Shown here: piece after piece, positions 46,918 to 56,581 of the stretch
Position numbering within the stretch: position 1 is the first letter of the stretch
Layout of the letters: every line of letters begins with the position of its first letter
Source of the DNA: an uncultured Candidatus Bathyarchaeia archaeon
GTDB taxonomy: Archaea > Thermoproteota > Bathyarchaeia > Bathyarchaeales > Bathycorpusculaceae
Direction of reading: 5' to 3'
Assembly (NCBI GenBank): GCA_964506435.1
Contig: CAZDLK010000002.1
Location: forward strand, 16,384-80,383
DNA length: 64,000 bases
Notes under the pieces: model-generated
Seen by the model: only the letters and a program-made list of their open reading frames with translations
What the model was told of the DNA's origin: nothing
Databases searched by the model: none
Made by a program: the position numbers and the translations under genes

Positions 46918-47733
46918 GTGAAGATACCATTGGCTGTCAAGCAGATTTTGGCATTCACGAAACGGGACTTTCTTAGCTGGACAACATACCGAACAGCAGC
47001 GATAACTCAGGTCGTTGGCGTCTTGATAGGTGTTTTTAGCTGGGGCATAAGTGCTGCCTACGTTCAGAGACCCGTACAGGAGATGTACGGAAGCGATTAC
47101 ATTTCTTTCCTTTTAGTCGGAATGGCGGTAAGCAACCTAATTATGCCACTCGTTCTGGGTGTACAGAACCAACTCAACCCATGGACGCTTGAAACCATAC
47201 TAATGACCAGCGTCCGCACACCAATTTTTGTGCTTGGAAATATCATGTGGACATACATATTCTCAGCCCTCAGCTTCATACCGTACCTCCTAATAGGCAC
47301 CACCTTCTTCCACGCAACAATCAAGCCAAACCTAGTGGCGGTAGCTATGGCCCTCATCATTTCTGCAGCCATTATGATGGGACTTTCTATGATTTCAAAT
47401 GGGCTTAGAATACTCACGAAATCAACGGATCCAATAACTTGGGCCATAAACATCCTCCAAAGCCTTTTCGCAGGCGTAGCCTTCCCAGTAATCTATCTTG
47501 ACACCATTCTCTTCCAAGGCGCCTCGATAATCTCGTGGTTCCTACCCCAGACATGGGTATATCACCTCTGCAGACTATCAATGCTAACAAACCCATCACT
47601 CACGGACCCATCAGTCATCATCACATTTCTGCTAGGAGCCCTATTTGCAGCTGTGCTGCTCCCTCTCGGCTACAAGGTTTTCTGGTGGGGCGTAAACAGG
47701 TCAAAACGGGAGGGCACATTAGGTTGGTACTAG
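46918..47733 (+). CDS. ABC-2-type transporter permease
   Basis: 271 aa, 6 TM segments. Starts 3 nt after the ATPase gene stop. Confidence 0.7.
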   Translation: MKIPLAVKQILAFTKRDFLSWTTYRTAAITQVVGVLIGVFSWGISAAYVQRPVQEMYGSDYISFLLVGMAVSNLIMPLVLGVQNQLNPWTLETILMTSVRTPIFVLGNIMWTYIFSALSFIPYLLIGTTFFHATIKPNLVAVAMALIISAAIMMGLSMISNGLRILTKSTDPITWAINILQSLFAGVAFPVIYLDTILFQGASIISWFLPQTWVYHLCRLSMLTNPSLTDPSVIITFLLGALFAAVLLPLGYKVFWWGVNRSKREGTLGWY

Positions 47734-47876
47734 CCATAAAAAACGCGTGTGCCCTTCCAAAGGCTTATTCGCCTGAATTTTCAAGCTATCGTGTTGTACC
47801 TTAGGGAGAAATCACTGGGCAGTAATAATGACACAGCATCAAACCAGAGATATACCGCTAAAAGGTTAAAGCAACG

Positions 47877-47950
47877 TACCAAAAGCCTTAAGCGCGGATT
47901 TTGGCGATTTCTCCCGCGTGAACTTTCCCTCTTTTTTCTTCCCTCTTCTT
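47877..47950 (+). repeat. Intergenic element Y (TACCAAAAGCCTTAA at 47877-47891, GATTTCTCCCGC at 47906-47917)
   Basis: Aligned by eye to 31782-31850. Confidence 0.4.
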
Positions 47951-48181
47951 TATGAGAGCATTACTACGAGAACATGCAAATAATAGATTTGACGAAAACT
48001 TGCAATAAAGCAAATTTATTTGGAACAGCTATAAGTCTTCAGAGGTAGAAGAAGCAAAGAATCTAGGGGAAGCAGGTTTTCAGAAATTCGATGAGTTCAA
48101 CGGCATCCACCTATATCGAAAACCCAAGAGGTTCGTTAATCTTGCTATTTGAGAATATACCACTTAAAGGTGAAATAAACA

Positions 48182-48230
48182 TACCAAAAGCCTTAAGTGT
48201 TGCAGCAAATACTTGTGTGGTGTCTAAAAA
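48182..48230 (+). repeat. Third copy (Z) of the TACCAAAAGCCTTAA box with a partially similar downstream segment
   Basis: 48182-48196 is identical to the box in X and Y. Confidence 0.35.
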
Positions 48231-48288
48231 AATAGGTGTTGAATTAGGTTTGGCAGTTGAAGGATTTTTCGAAAACAAACGACAACCA

Positions 48289-48774
48289 GTGGAAGCAAAA
48301 GTCGGCGAATTAACCCCCGCATCAAAAGCAGTCAACGTCACAGCGAAAGTTGTTTCTAAAAGCGAAATCAGAGAAGTACCAATGGGAAGAGACGGTTCAG
48401 CGCACCGCGTATGCGACGCATTAGTCGGCGACGAAACAGGCTGCATTTACTTGACTTTGTGGGATGACAACATTGAAAAAGTAAACGAAGGCGACACAAT
48501 ACGCGTTGAGAACGGTTACGTAACGTTGTTTAAGGGCAACATGCGCCTTAACATCGGCAAATACGGCAAAATGGAGCCTGCAGCCGCAGCATTCGAGGGC
48601 GAAGTTAACACTGAAAACAACGTGTCCAGCAAAACGTACGAGCAGGAAAGGCGCCCATTCAGGAGAGGCGGACGCGGATTCGGCGGCGGTGGCGGCTACG
48701 GCGGCAGAGACAGACGCGGCGGCGGTTTCAGAGACCGCAGAGGCGGCGGCGGATACAGGCGTAGTTCGTATTAA
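48289..48774 (+). CDS. ssb: Crenarchaeal-type single OB-fold ssDNA-binding protein with an RGG-rich C-terminal tail
   Basis: (V)EAKVGELTPASKAVNVTAKVV...VGDETGCIYLTLWDDN...ENGYVTLFKGNMRLNIGKYGK parallels Sulfolobus SSB from its first residues. The track ORF starts 66 codons earlier at 48091. Confidence 0.75.
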   Translation: MEAKVGELTPASKAVNVTAKVVSKSEIREVPMGRDGSAHRVCDALVGDETGCIYLTLWDDNIEKVNEGDTIRVENGYVTLFKGNMRLNIGKYGKMEPAAAAFEGEVNTENNVSSKTYEQERRPFRRGGRGFGGGGGYGGRDRRGGGFRDRRGGGGYRRSSY

Positions 48775-48793
48775 GCCTCAGTTAGAATCAACC

Positions 48794-48809
48794 TTTTTTT
48801 CCGTTTTTT
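48794..48809 (+). terminator. Oligo-T terminator-like tract after ssb
   Basis: tttttttccgtttttt, 20 nt after the TAA. Confidence 0.4.
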
Positions 48810-49064
48810 ATACCTTAGTATTGTTTAGCTGTGCTGTTTGTTTATTGTTGTGGTTCTTGGTTTGACGTGTTGAGCAACGGTTTTGGCAGCGTAAGGAAAA
48901 GCAGTCTTTGTGCCTAGCAGCTTTTGACTGTGTACTATCGCGTGGAGTAGTCTATACCCCCCTTATAAATAACACCGTTGTTCTAATCGTCATTTTTCGT
49001 AAAGTTTGTATTTCTAACGATTAAAACGTAAAAGCATAAAGTGTTAACCCAAGCGGCTCCGTGT

Positions 49065-50309
49065 TCAGTGTTTGCGTTTCTTGAAGTACACCAGCAACCC
49101 AGCACCCACAACAGCGGTAACAACTACAGAAACAGCCGCGACTAATGCTGTCGGGAAAGGCTCTGGCTCTATTTGAGATTCAGGTGATGACGATGGCGAA
49201 GTTGGTGATGGCGAAAGTGAAGGAAACGGCGTTGGGTCGGGCTTGCCGTAGCCGATGGGCGTGTACTGCTCATTCACGGGGCTTGGTTCAACTCTTCCAC
49301 TATATGGTTTATCAGGAGTGAATCCCCCAACGACGTAAAACTTATCAGCAATTACAGCGATGCCACAGTTAAACCGATCTGTAGGCATGGTAGCGCCAAA
49401 CGTCCAGCTATCCGTAACTGGGTCATAAACTTGTGTGCTACCAGTCAGCACATAATCCTGTGTCGTTGAATCATAAACTTGTGCGCTGCCTTTGAACGCA
49501 TATATTCGTTTAGGAGCCATTATTCCAGTTGTGGCGCTTGCGGCACCATTAGTGACTTCTAAGGGTACAGGCGTACCTTGACTCCACTCGTCAGTCCTCA
49601 CATCGTATATATGTAATAGTCGACTTCCATTTGGGATCCAGCTGGTAGCAGCCACGAATATCTTATCATCGAGCACCGCTGAACCGTAATCTGTTGCACC
49701 GCTGGGCATCGGCGTCTTAGTGACCCACGTATCCGTTACTGGGTTATACACCTCGTTATAAACCCCACCAGAATCCTCTCCCACCAAATAGATTTCGTCG
49801 CCCACAACATTCGCTTGTAACCCCCTTTTTGTGATTGGCATGGGCGTTTTCGTCTCCCAAGTGTCCGTAGCAGTGTCGTAAACCTCGTTCACACCTGAAT
49901 TAACATATACTGAAAACATATGGTACATGTCATCGACACCGATACTGACCGTTCCCCCGATACAGTAGATTTTGTTTTGCCAGACTGCTATCGCGAAATA
50001 AGCCCGAGGGGTCGGCATCGAAGTCTTCGTTATCCACGTGTCCTTAGCAGGGTCATATTTTTCATTTGTGCCTACAAAACCCCCTGAAAGGTCTGGCGGA
50101 TAAAGACCACTTTGAGTGGAGCCGCCAATAGCATAAATCTTCCCATTCACCACCGCAACACCCAAACCGCCCCTTGCCACCTGCATCGGCGCCTTCGACA
50201 CCCACGAATCCTCAACCACAACAGCAGAAGACAACACAGGATTAGCTGCCATAATGCATGACGCTGTCAGAAAGACGAGAACAAGCAATAGCGCAGCGTG
50301 TTTACTCAT
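49065..50309 (-). CDS. Kelch-repeat surface protein, paralog of 23228..24499, with an EPFPT-TM-KKRK C-terminus
   Basis: WVSKAPMQVARGGLGVAVVNGKIYAIGG compared with WVSKTPMTVARAYLGVAVVDGKIYAIGG. C-terminus EPEPFPTALVAAVSVVVTAVVGAGLLVYFKKRKH. Confidence 0.75.
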   Translation of the reverse strand: MSKHAALLLVLVFLTASCIMAANPVLSSAVVVEDSWVSKAPMQVARGGLGVAVVNGKIYAIGGSTQSGLYPPDLSGGFVGTNEKYDPAKDTWITKTSMPTPRAYFAIAVWQNKIYCIGGTVSIGVDDMYHMFSVYVNSGVNEVYDTATDTWETKTPMPITKRGLQANVVGDEIYLVGEDSGGVYNEVYNPVTDTWVTKTPMPSGATDYGSAVLDDKIFVAATSWIPNGSRLLHIYDVRTDEWSQGTPVPLEVTNGAASATTGIMAPKRIYAFKGSAQVYDSTTQDYVLTGSTQVYDPVTDSWTFGATMPTDRFNCGIAVIADKFYVVGGFTPDKPYSGRVEPSPVNEQYTPIGYGKPDPTPFPSLSPSPTSPSSSPESQIEPEPFPTALVAAVSVVVTAVVGAGLLVYFKKRKH

Positions 50310-50342
50310 GCTTACCCCGCACTACATGAGGCTTCTTTCACG

Positions 50343-50408
50343 GTAAAAGCGTTTTTATCAAGGTTCCTTGACTAAACAGGTTTTTTTAGTCAAGGTTTCT
50401 TGACAACC
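50343..50408 (-). promoter_or_regulatory. Promoter/operator module P2, near-identical to P1
   Basis: gtaaaagcgtttttatcaaggttccttgactaaacaggtttttttagtcaaggtttcttgacaacc. It ends 33 nt upstream of the ATG at 50309. Confidence 0.5.
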
Positions 50409-50578
50409 ACTCTAAAAATTATCCCATTTTACTTAATCTATTAAAACGAGGCGGTGTTAGCAAGATTGCGGTTTAAATTACAATTTACTTCTCAACCCTA
50501 TAAAAGCAGTAGCGCCGCTTTTCCCTATACTGATTGATTATTAGACGCCAAATATATGGGATATTGCACTCAGAAGTG

Positions 50579-52828
50579 TCATGTGGTTCCTAAGGGGTGC
50601 TTTTTTTCGTATACAGTTGTAATCAGCAGTGCGACGGCAAATATTATTGTGATGACTAGCGCGAGAAATTCAATTGAGTGAAAATCTATTGGAATTGATT
50701 CCTGCGTACTCGATTCGGAGCCGAACGCGTAGAGTACATGGTCGTAGGAGCCAACGTAAACCACGCCGTCAACTACGGCGGGTGACGAAACCACAATGTC
50801 ACCTGTTGTGTAACTCCATACGGCGTCGCCACTAGACGCGTTCAAAGCGTAAACGTTATGGTCATCTGAGCCAACGAAGACTAAGCCGCCAGCTACTGCT
50901 GGAGAAGAAGCTACGTTGCCGTTTGTTATGTGCCGCCACATTAAAGCGCCTGTTGACGCGTTTAAGGCGTTGATTTCGCCGTTTTTTGCGCCGAAGTAAA
51001 CTGCGCCATGAGCAACAGCGGGAGAGGAAAAGATGTCGTCGCCTGCCGTGTAAAGCCACAAGCGTTTGCCGTTTGACGCGTTTAAAGCATACAGGTTATT
51101 GTCGAGCGAGCCAACGTAAACGACGCCGTCGGCTACTGTGGGTGAAGAGATTACTGTGTCGCCTGTCATGTAGCTCCATGTGTACGCGCCTGTTGACGCA
51201 TTCAAGGCGTAGATGTTATGGTCGATTGAGCCAACGTAGACTAAGCCGCCAGCTACAGCGGGTGAAGACACCATTATCATGTCGCCTGTTGTGTGGTTCC
51301 AGATTTGTGTGCCTGTTGACGCGTTTAAAGCGTAAAGCGTGTTGTCTTCTGAGCCAACGTAAACGACGCCGTCTGCAACTGCGGGTGACGAGACTACAGC
51401 GAAGCCCGTGGTGTAGTTCCACATGAAAGCGCCAGTAGAAGCGTTCAAAGCGTAAACGTTGTAATCGTATGAGCCAACGTAGACCACGCCGTCTGCAACT
51501 GCAGGAGAAGACAACATAACCATGTCAGCAGTTGCGTACTGCCATATAGCCGCATAATGCTGCTCCAAGTCTATGGGGACAACGCCAGTTGAAGCGTTCA
51601 AAGCGTAAACGTTGCCGTCCCACCCGCCCACATACACTATGCCATCAACCACCGCAGGTGAAGAATCCACTACGCCGCCCGTCTTGTAACGCCAGATTAA
51701 AGCGCCGTCAGAAGCTGCTAAAGCGTAAAGCGCCCCGTCCCATCCACCCACATACACCACGCCATCAGCCACAGCAGGCTTAGAAATCACCATGTCGCCT
51801 GTTGCGAAACTCCATGCGAGGTCACCGCTGGAAGCGCGTAGCGCGTAGGCTTTGCCGTCGTTTGAACCCACATAAACCAAGCCGTTGGTTACGGTGGGAG
51901 ATGAAGACACGCCGCCGCCAGTCACATATTTCCATGTGAGAACGCCAGTAGAAGCATCTAAAGCATAGACGTTACCATCCTCCGAACCCACATACACCAA
52001 GCCGTCAGCAACAGCGGGAGAAGAAAACACAGGTGCACCCGTCGTAAAGTTCCAAAGTAAAGCGCCAGTATGCGCGTTTAGGGCGTAGATTTCGCCGTCG
52101 TTTGAACCCACGTAAACCCTGTCGCCGTCAACAAAGGGAGAGGAAACCACAGCGTCGCCTGTCGTGAAATTCCACACTGATAATCCCGTGGTGGCGTCTA
52201 AAGCGTAAACTTTGCGGTCTATAGAGCCCACGTACAGTAAGCCTTCAGCAACAGCAGGGGAAGACAGCATAATCATGCCGCCTGTTGTGTAATTCCACAC
52301 GTGAGCGCCTGTTACAGCGTCCAAAGCGTAAACCTTCGCGTCCTCCGAAGCCACGTAAACTACTCCACCTGAAACAGCAGGCGCAGAATCCACGTAGTAG
52401 CCTGTTGTGTAATTCCATGCGACATCACCAGTATACGCGTCCAAAGCATAAACGTTGTAATCTTCAGAGCCCGCGTAAACTAAGCCTTCCGCAACAGCAG
52501 CAGGAGACAACACAGGGCCACCGGTCGCGTAACGCCACATCACTGCGCCATCCGAAGCGTTAAAAGCGTAGATTTTACGGTCATAGGAACCTGCGTAAAC
52601 GATGCCGTCGGCGACAACAGGAGAATCCACCTGTCCGCCAGTGTTGAATTTCCACAGCGTCTGGTTTGTGGTTGGCGCGTTTGAAGTGGAACTGCTCGAA
52701 TGCGCTAGGTCATGGCGGAACATGGACCACGCGTCTACGGCAGGAAACAGTAAGAAAAGGCTCAGCGCAAAAACAGAGGCTAAAATCACTGCTGTCAGAG
52801 CGATGCCTATTATTGTTTTTTGTTTCAT
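50579..52828 (-). CDS. PQQ-like (BamB-type) beta-propeller repeat protein, about 16 blades, with N-terminal signal/anchor and C-terminal TM
   Basis: 16 repeats of the VYVGS.D..VYAL.A.TG...W.Y.TG unit. I prefer the ATG at 52828 (GGGAGAGG upstream) over the track TTG at 52867. Confidence 0.8.
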   Translation of the reverse strand: MKQKTIIGIALTAVILASVFALSLFLLFPAVDAWSMFRHDLAHSSSSTSNAPTTNQTLWKFNTGGQVDSPVVADGIVYAGSYDRKIYAFNASDGAVMWRYATGGPVLSPAAVAEGLVYAGSEDYNVYALDAYTGDVAWNYTTGYYVDSAPAVSGGVVYVASEDAKVYALDAVTGAHVWNYTTGGMIMLSSPAVAEGLLYVGSIDRKVYALDATTGLSVWNFTTGDAVVSSPFVDGDRVYVGSNDGEIYALNAHTGALLWNFTTGAPVFSSPAVADGLVYVGSEDGNVYALDASTGVLTWKYVTGGGVSSSPTVTNGLVYVGSNDGKAYALRASSGDLAWSFATGDMVISKPAVADGVVYVGGWDGALYALAASDGALIWRYKTGGVVDSSPAVVDGIVYVGGWDGNVYALNASTGVVPIDLEQHYAAIWQYATADMVMLSSPAVADGVVYVGSYDYNVYALNASTGAFMWNYTTGFAVVSSPAVADGVVYVGSEDNTLYALNASTGTQIWNHTTGDMIMVSSPAVAGGLVYVGSIDHNIYALNASTGAYTWSYMTGDTVISSPTVADGVVYVGSLDNNLYALNASNGKRLWLYTAGDDIFSSPAVAHGAVYFGAKNGEINALNASTGALMWRHITNGNVASSPAVAGGLVFVGSDDHNVYALNASSGDAVWSYTTGDIVVSSPAVVDGVVYVGSYDHVLYAFGSESSTQESIPIDFHSIEFLALVITIIFAVALLITTVYEKKHPLGTT

Positions 52829-52946
52829 TTTTGCTTGCCTCTCCCGCCGTGTCTGCGCCGAAGACAAAGCTCAGGGCGGATGCCCCTGCGAGCTTGATAT
52901 AAGTATGTTTTATAGTTTTAAGTGGCTTAATAACGCAATAAAAGAA

Positions 52947-53657
52947 TTACGCCTTTTCCTCTGCATCTGAGTTTTTGTTTATTTTCTCTATGAGAAGAGG
53001 CAGGTCTGTTATGGAGGTTATCACGTAGTTTGCGCCGTTGCGCATCAACTGTTCCATCGTGGAAACGCCTGTAGGCAACCCAACGGCAACAGCCTTCAAC
53101 TCCTTGGCGCTCTGCATGTCTGTTACGCTGTCGCCAACTATCACGGCATCACTCGCAGACGCGCCTAAAACCTTCAATGCAGTTTCGATATGTTCAGGGT
53201 TAGGCTTAAACTGGTTCACCTTGTTGCGTGGAACTGTAACATCAAAGAAGTCGGCGATTCCGAAGCGGTTCAGAATGTAGTTCACGGCTTTCTCACTGTT
53301 GATGGTACATAAGCCAATTTTCAAGTTCATTCGCCGCAAAGCCTTCAGCGTCTCCAATGCGCCAGGCATCAAACTTGTGCTCCTAGCGGCTTCCAATTCG
53401 TATTTCTCCGCCATACCTAAAGCTACATCGCGAACCTCAGCTAGAAACTTTGCGGATTTACCTGAGTTTCTCACGAAAATTTCGGTTTTTCTAAGCATTT
53501 CAAAAATGTTTTCTTTAACGGATAACACAGAAGCGGGAACGCCTCGTTTCACTAGGTAAGCTTTGACTTCAGCTCGAACGGTCTTGTAGTCCAAGTTGAA
53601 ACTGGCAAGAGTACCGTCTAAATCGAATATTACCGCTTTCACGCGCATAGATTTCAT
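52947..53657 (-). CDS. HAD-superfamily hydrolase (phosphoglycolate-phosphatase-like)
   Basis: VIFDLDGTLASF and the GDSVTDMQSA motifs. Confidence 0.8.
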   Translation of the reverse strand: MKSMRVKAVIFDLDGTLASFNLDYKTVRAEVKAYLVKRGVPASVLSVKENIFEMLRKTEIFVRNSGKSAKFLAEVRDVALGMAEKYELEAARSTSLMPGALETLKALRRMNLKIGLCTINSEKAVNYILNRFGIADFFDVTVPRNKVNQFKPNPEHIETALKVLGASASDAVIVGDSVTDMQSAKELKAVAVGLPTGVSTMEQLMRNGANYVITSITDLPLLIEKINKNSDAEEKA

Positions 53658-53720
53658 GCTCGCCCATGATGGAAACCTCTAGAAAGATATACTTTGCGGT
53701 AAAAACACTTGACAACTGTA

Positions 53721-54704
53721 TTATGCCGTTATAACTATTTTGACAGGCTTCTCCGCAGTGTTGCTCGCGGTTTGCAATGCCTTCTCGAAGTCTGCAAGCT
53801 TAAACTTATGCGTTATTAACCCTTTAACATCCACGCGTTTCTCAGCGATAAGCTGCACAGCCAACGGGTACACCACAGGAGAAAGGTACGCAGTAAAAAA
53901 CGAAGCCTCATCAGCATCCCCCAAGTCCAGATACCCCTTGAACTCACCCACCAAAGCCACTTTACCCGCCTTTCTAACTAAGAAGGGGGTCTGCTCCACC
54001 GTCCGCACCGTTCCCGCCGCCTCAACCACCACATCAGAACCCCGCTTCGTAAGCTCCTTAACCCTCTGAACCACATCCGCCTCCCCCGCGTTAATGCAAT
54101 ACTCAGCACCGTACTTCTCGGCAAGCACCAGCCTATAATCCTCCAAATCCACAGCTATCACTCGGCAGCCCTTCAGCCGCGCCACCTGTGTCATCAACAA
54201 GCCAATAGGACCCTGCCCCACCACCGTAACCCAGTCGCCCACGCTGGGCTTAAGCAACTCCAGCACATGAAGCGCCAACGCCACAGGCTCCACTATCGCA
54301 GCCTCCTCATCGCTTACGCCTGCTGGAACAGAAATCAAGTTTTTAGGGCGCAAGGCTATGCGCTCGGCAAAAAACCCGTTTCCAGTCAACCCATAATGCC
54401 GCGCGCGTTCGCATTGTGCAGTTAAGCCTCTCTGGCAATAGTAGCATGTGCCACAGTAGGTAACTGGAACCATAACCACGCGTTCGCCCGTGTCCGCTCG
54501 AATCCCACAGGCGTCATGCCCGATTATGCGTCCGCGCTTAATTTTCCAGTCTCCACGATACAGGTGCATGTCGGTGCCGCAGAGGCTGCCAGCTTTGAAG
54601 TGGACTATGACTTTTTTGCCTGAAACAGTCGGCTCTGGAACATCCTCAACCCTTATCCTACGTGGTCCATTGTAAACAGCAGCTTTCAAAAAGGTCACCT
54701 TCAA
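53721..54704 (-). CDS. Zinc-dependent medium-chain alcohol/threonine dehydrogenase family protein
   Basis: GSLCGTDMHLYRGDW, GHDACG, structural-zinc CGTCYYC, GQGPIGLL. Confidence 0.8.
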   Translation of the reverse strand: MKVTFLKAAVYNGPRRIRVEDVPEPTVSGKKVIVHFKAGSLCGTDMHLYRGDWKIKRGRIIGHDACGIRADTGERVVMVPVTYCGTCYYCQRGLTAQCERARHYGLTGNGFFAERIALRPKNLISVPAGVSDEEAAIVEPVALALHVLELLKPSVGDWVTVVGQGPIGLLMTQVARLKGCRVIAVDLEDYRLVLAEKYGAEYCINAGEADVVQRVKELTKRGSDVVVEAAGTVRTVEQTPFLVRKAGKVALVGEFKGYLDLGDADEASFFTAYLSPVVYPLAVQLIAEKRVDVKGLITHKFKLADFEKALQTASNTAEKPVKIVITA

Positions 54705-54855
54705 ACTAAATTACGAGCAACGTGAACTATTAACCTTATGCATATAGCACTAAACGACAGACGCGCCGTGAACGGATGAAGAAACAGCAAGCTTTCAGCT
54801 AACAAACAATAAAAACAAGTAAACACGAAGTTTGCTTCTGCCAGAAACGCGCCGC

Positions 54856-55272
54856 TTATTCGGGTTTTGCTTCGAACTCAACTTTCACGGCGATGGGCTC
54901 TTTGAAAATGAACAACACAGGACAGTTCGCTTCGGTTCTCCGCCAAGCGCCCTCCAACAGTTCTTTTCGTGCTTTCGCAGAAACCTGAACCTTCATCGAC
55001 ACGTTGCTTATCACGGGCGAGTCGGGAGCTTTCTCAGCTTCCACAACAACGTCAACCTTGCTTGGCGCAATGTTGCTCTTTTTGCAAACATCGGCGAAAA
55101 TGGTTACGCCGCAATCAGCCAAAGCCATCAACGCCAACTCCAACGCCGTTGGACCCTTATTGCCGCCGCCTGCAGCTTCAGGCAAGTCGCACGTTACAGC
55201 GTGCGTTCTCGAATTATCCACCACTGAACAAACATTCTCAGTCCATTTTGCGTTTACTTTCATTTTCGGCAT
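54856..55272 (-). CDS. OsmC/Ohr-family protein
   Basis: 138 aa. GGNKGPTALELALMALADC and the C-terminal CPV motif. Confidence 0.8.
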   Translation of the reverse strand: MPKMKVNAKWTENVCSVVDNSRTHAVTCDLPEAAGGGNKGPTALELALMALADCGVTIFADVCKKSNIAPSKVDVVVEAEKAPDSPVISNVSMKVQVSAKARKELLEGAWRRTEANCPVLFIFKEPIAVKVEFEAKPE

Positions 55273-55348
55273 TTAAATCATCAATTAGCGTTCGCTAGTG
55301 GCTTATTTAAGAGTTGCCAAAACAACACGTCCACGAAGACAAGTCAGT

Positions 55349-55684
55349 CTAGGAGCTATTTTGATTTTCTTCAGCTGATTGCCCCGTAGTAACCTGCAGG
55401 GGTCTGCCTTCGGTTAAGGCTTGAACCGTTTTCTTTCGGGCGCTTTGCAGAAGCCGCCATACGGTTCCTCTGGAAACACCCATTTTTTCTCCAGCTTCCT
55501 CCTGCGAGAGACCGTCTAAATCTACAAGCCTGAGAGATTCTATTTCCGCTGGTTCGATGAGAATGGGATTTGGGTTTGCTTGGGGCGTAGGCGAGAACGT
55601 GTTGATTGGCGGCGGGTTCTGTATGGTTATTGGTTTTGGAAAGCGTCCTCTTCTGCCGCGTCTGTGTCTGCATCGCCAGCCCAT
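55349..55684 (-). CDS. DUF134 (UPF0251)-family putative DNA-binding protein
   Basis: MGWRCRHRRGRRGRFPKP...EIESLRLVDLDGLSQEEAGEKMGVSRGTVWRLLQSARKK. I take the internal Met at 55684 as the start. Confidence 0.65.
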   Translation of the reverse strand: MGWRCRHRRGRRGRFPKPITIQNPPPINTFSPTPQANPNPILIEPAEIESLRLVDLDGLSQEEAGEKMGVSRGTVWRLLQSARKKTVQALTEGRPLQVTTGQSAEENQNSS

Positions 55685-55796
55685 TGTGATCGGTTTATGT
55701 AGTGGCGGCGTAACTTTTATATATTTTTGTGCACTATCACATAATTGATTGTGTGCATAAACACAAAAAAACACTCCAAAGAGGTGAAACACAAAA

Positions 55797-56063
55797 ATGG
55801 GCTGGAGAGGAAGAGGATGGGCAAACACATGGCCAGGAAGAGGACCCTACAGCAACCTACCACCATGGCAGAGACCAGGCTGGCTCTACGGCAGAGGCGC
55901 ATGCTGGTACCTATACGGACCCTACAGCGCGGTTCCGCCAACAAGACCTGAAGACGAAACCGCCTTGCTAACTGAACAGAAAAACCTGATAGAAGAACAA
56001 TTAAAAGCCATGCAGGAAACCCTCAAAAAAATCCAAGACCGACTAAACGAGCTAAACAAATAA
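55797..56063 (+). CDS. DUF5320-like small protein (G/R/W/P-rich N-terminus plus a coiled coil)
   Basis: MGWRGRGWANTWPGRGPY...LIEEQLKAMQETLKKIQDRLNELNK. GAGGTGA lies 8 nt upstream. Confidence 0.5.
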   Translation: MGWRGRGWANTWPGRGPYSNLPPWQRPGWLYGRGACWYLYGPYSAVPPTRPEDETALLTEQKNLIEEQLKAMQETLKKIQDRLNELNK

Positions 56064-56114
56064 ACACCCAACAATTTTTTTACTCTTAAACATAGGAGAA
56101 GGGAAAAAACAACA

Positions 56115-56471
56115 GTGAACAAAATCATAATTGCCGTAGCCACCGAAGGGCACAAAGCCCTAAACGATACGGTAGCGCATGTTTTTGGAAAAGCAAAAAC
56201 ATTCACAATAATCAACGTTGAAAATAACGAAATAAAAAATGTGAAAACAATCGATAACCCTGCTGCAGCTTATGAATACGGTTCTGGACCGATAGCGTCA
56301 AAAACTTTAGCAGAATTAAAAGTAAACACGTTAATAACAGCCCAACTGGGACCAGGCGCGGCAAAACTGCTGGAGCACCACAACATAACCACTATAATAG
56401 TAGACCCTGAAATCACTGTTGCCGAAGCCGTAAACAAAGCATTAACTAAACCTGACAATAAAGACGTGTAA
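56115..56471 (+). CDS. NifX/NifB-C-terminal-like (Nitro_FeMo-Co family) small protein
   Basis: AHVFGKAKTFTIINVE...LITAQLGPGAAKLL. GTG start. Confidence 0.7.
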   Translation: MNKIIIAVATEGHKALNDTVAHVFGKAKTFTIINVENNEIKNVKTIDNPAAAYEYGSGPIASKTLAELKVNTLITAQLGPGAAKLLEHHNITTIIVDPEITVAEAVNKALTKPDNKDV

Positions 56472-56581
56472 ACAAACAGATCAGAAGCTAATCACCAAAC
56501 AAGCAGTAAGCTTCTCTTTTTCAAAAAGCGCCAAAACACCATCCGCAGGTTGAACACGGCGTCACAGCAGCTTTCTCAGCG

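Noticed and set aside
47734-48290. Long AT-rich non-coding region with repeats, considered as a replication origin
   Set aside because: No ORB or mini-ORB-like repeats (TTCCAGTGGAAAC type) and no orc1/cdc6 gene nearby. The repeats are better described as the X/Y/Z element.
50862-52563. Arginine-rich ORFs and a regular 120-nt periodicity that could superficially suggest a repeat array or CRISPR
   Set aside because: The periodicity is the coding repeat of the 16-blade PQQ propeller. There is no conserved direct repeat with unique spacers and there are no cas genes.
55685-55828. N-terminal extensions given by the ORF track for the DUF134 gene (55685-55828), GGR (20059-20121), ferredoxin (19679-19939), the PQQ protein (52829-52867) and Lrp (18877-18897)
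   Set aside because: The extensions overlap upstream genes or promoters, lack family-typical sequence, and internal starts have better RBS or TATA spacing.
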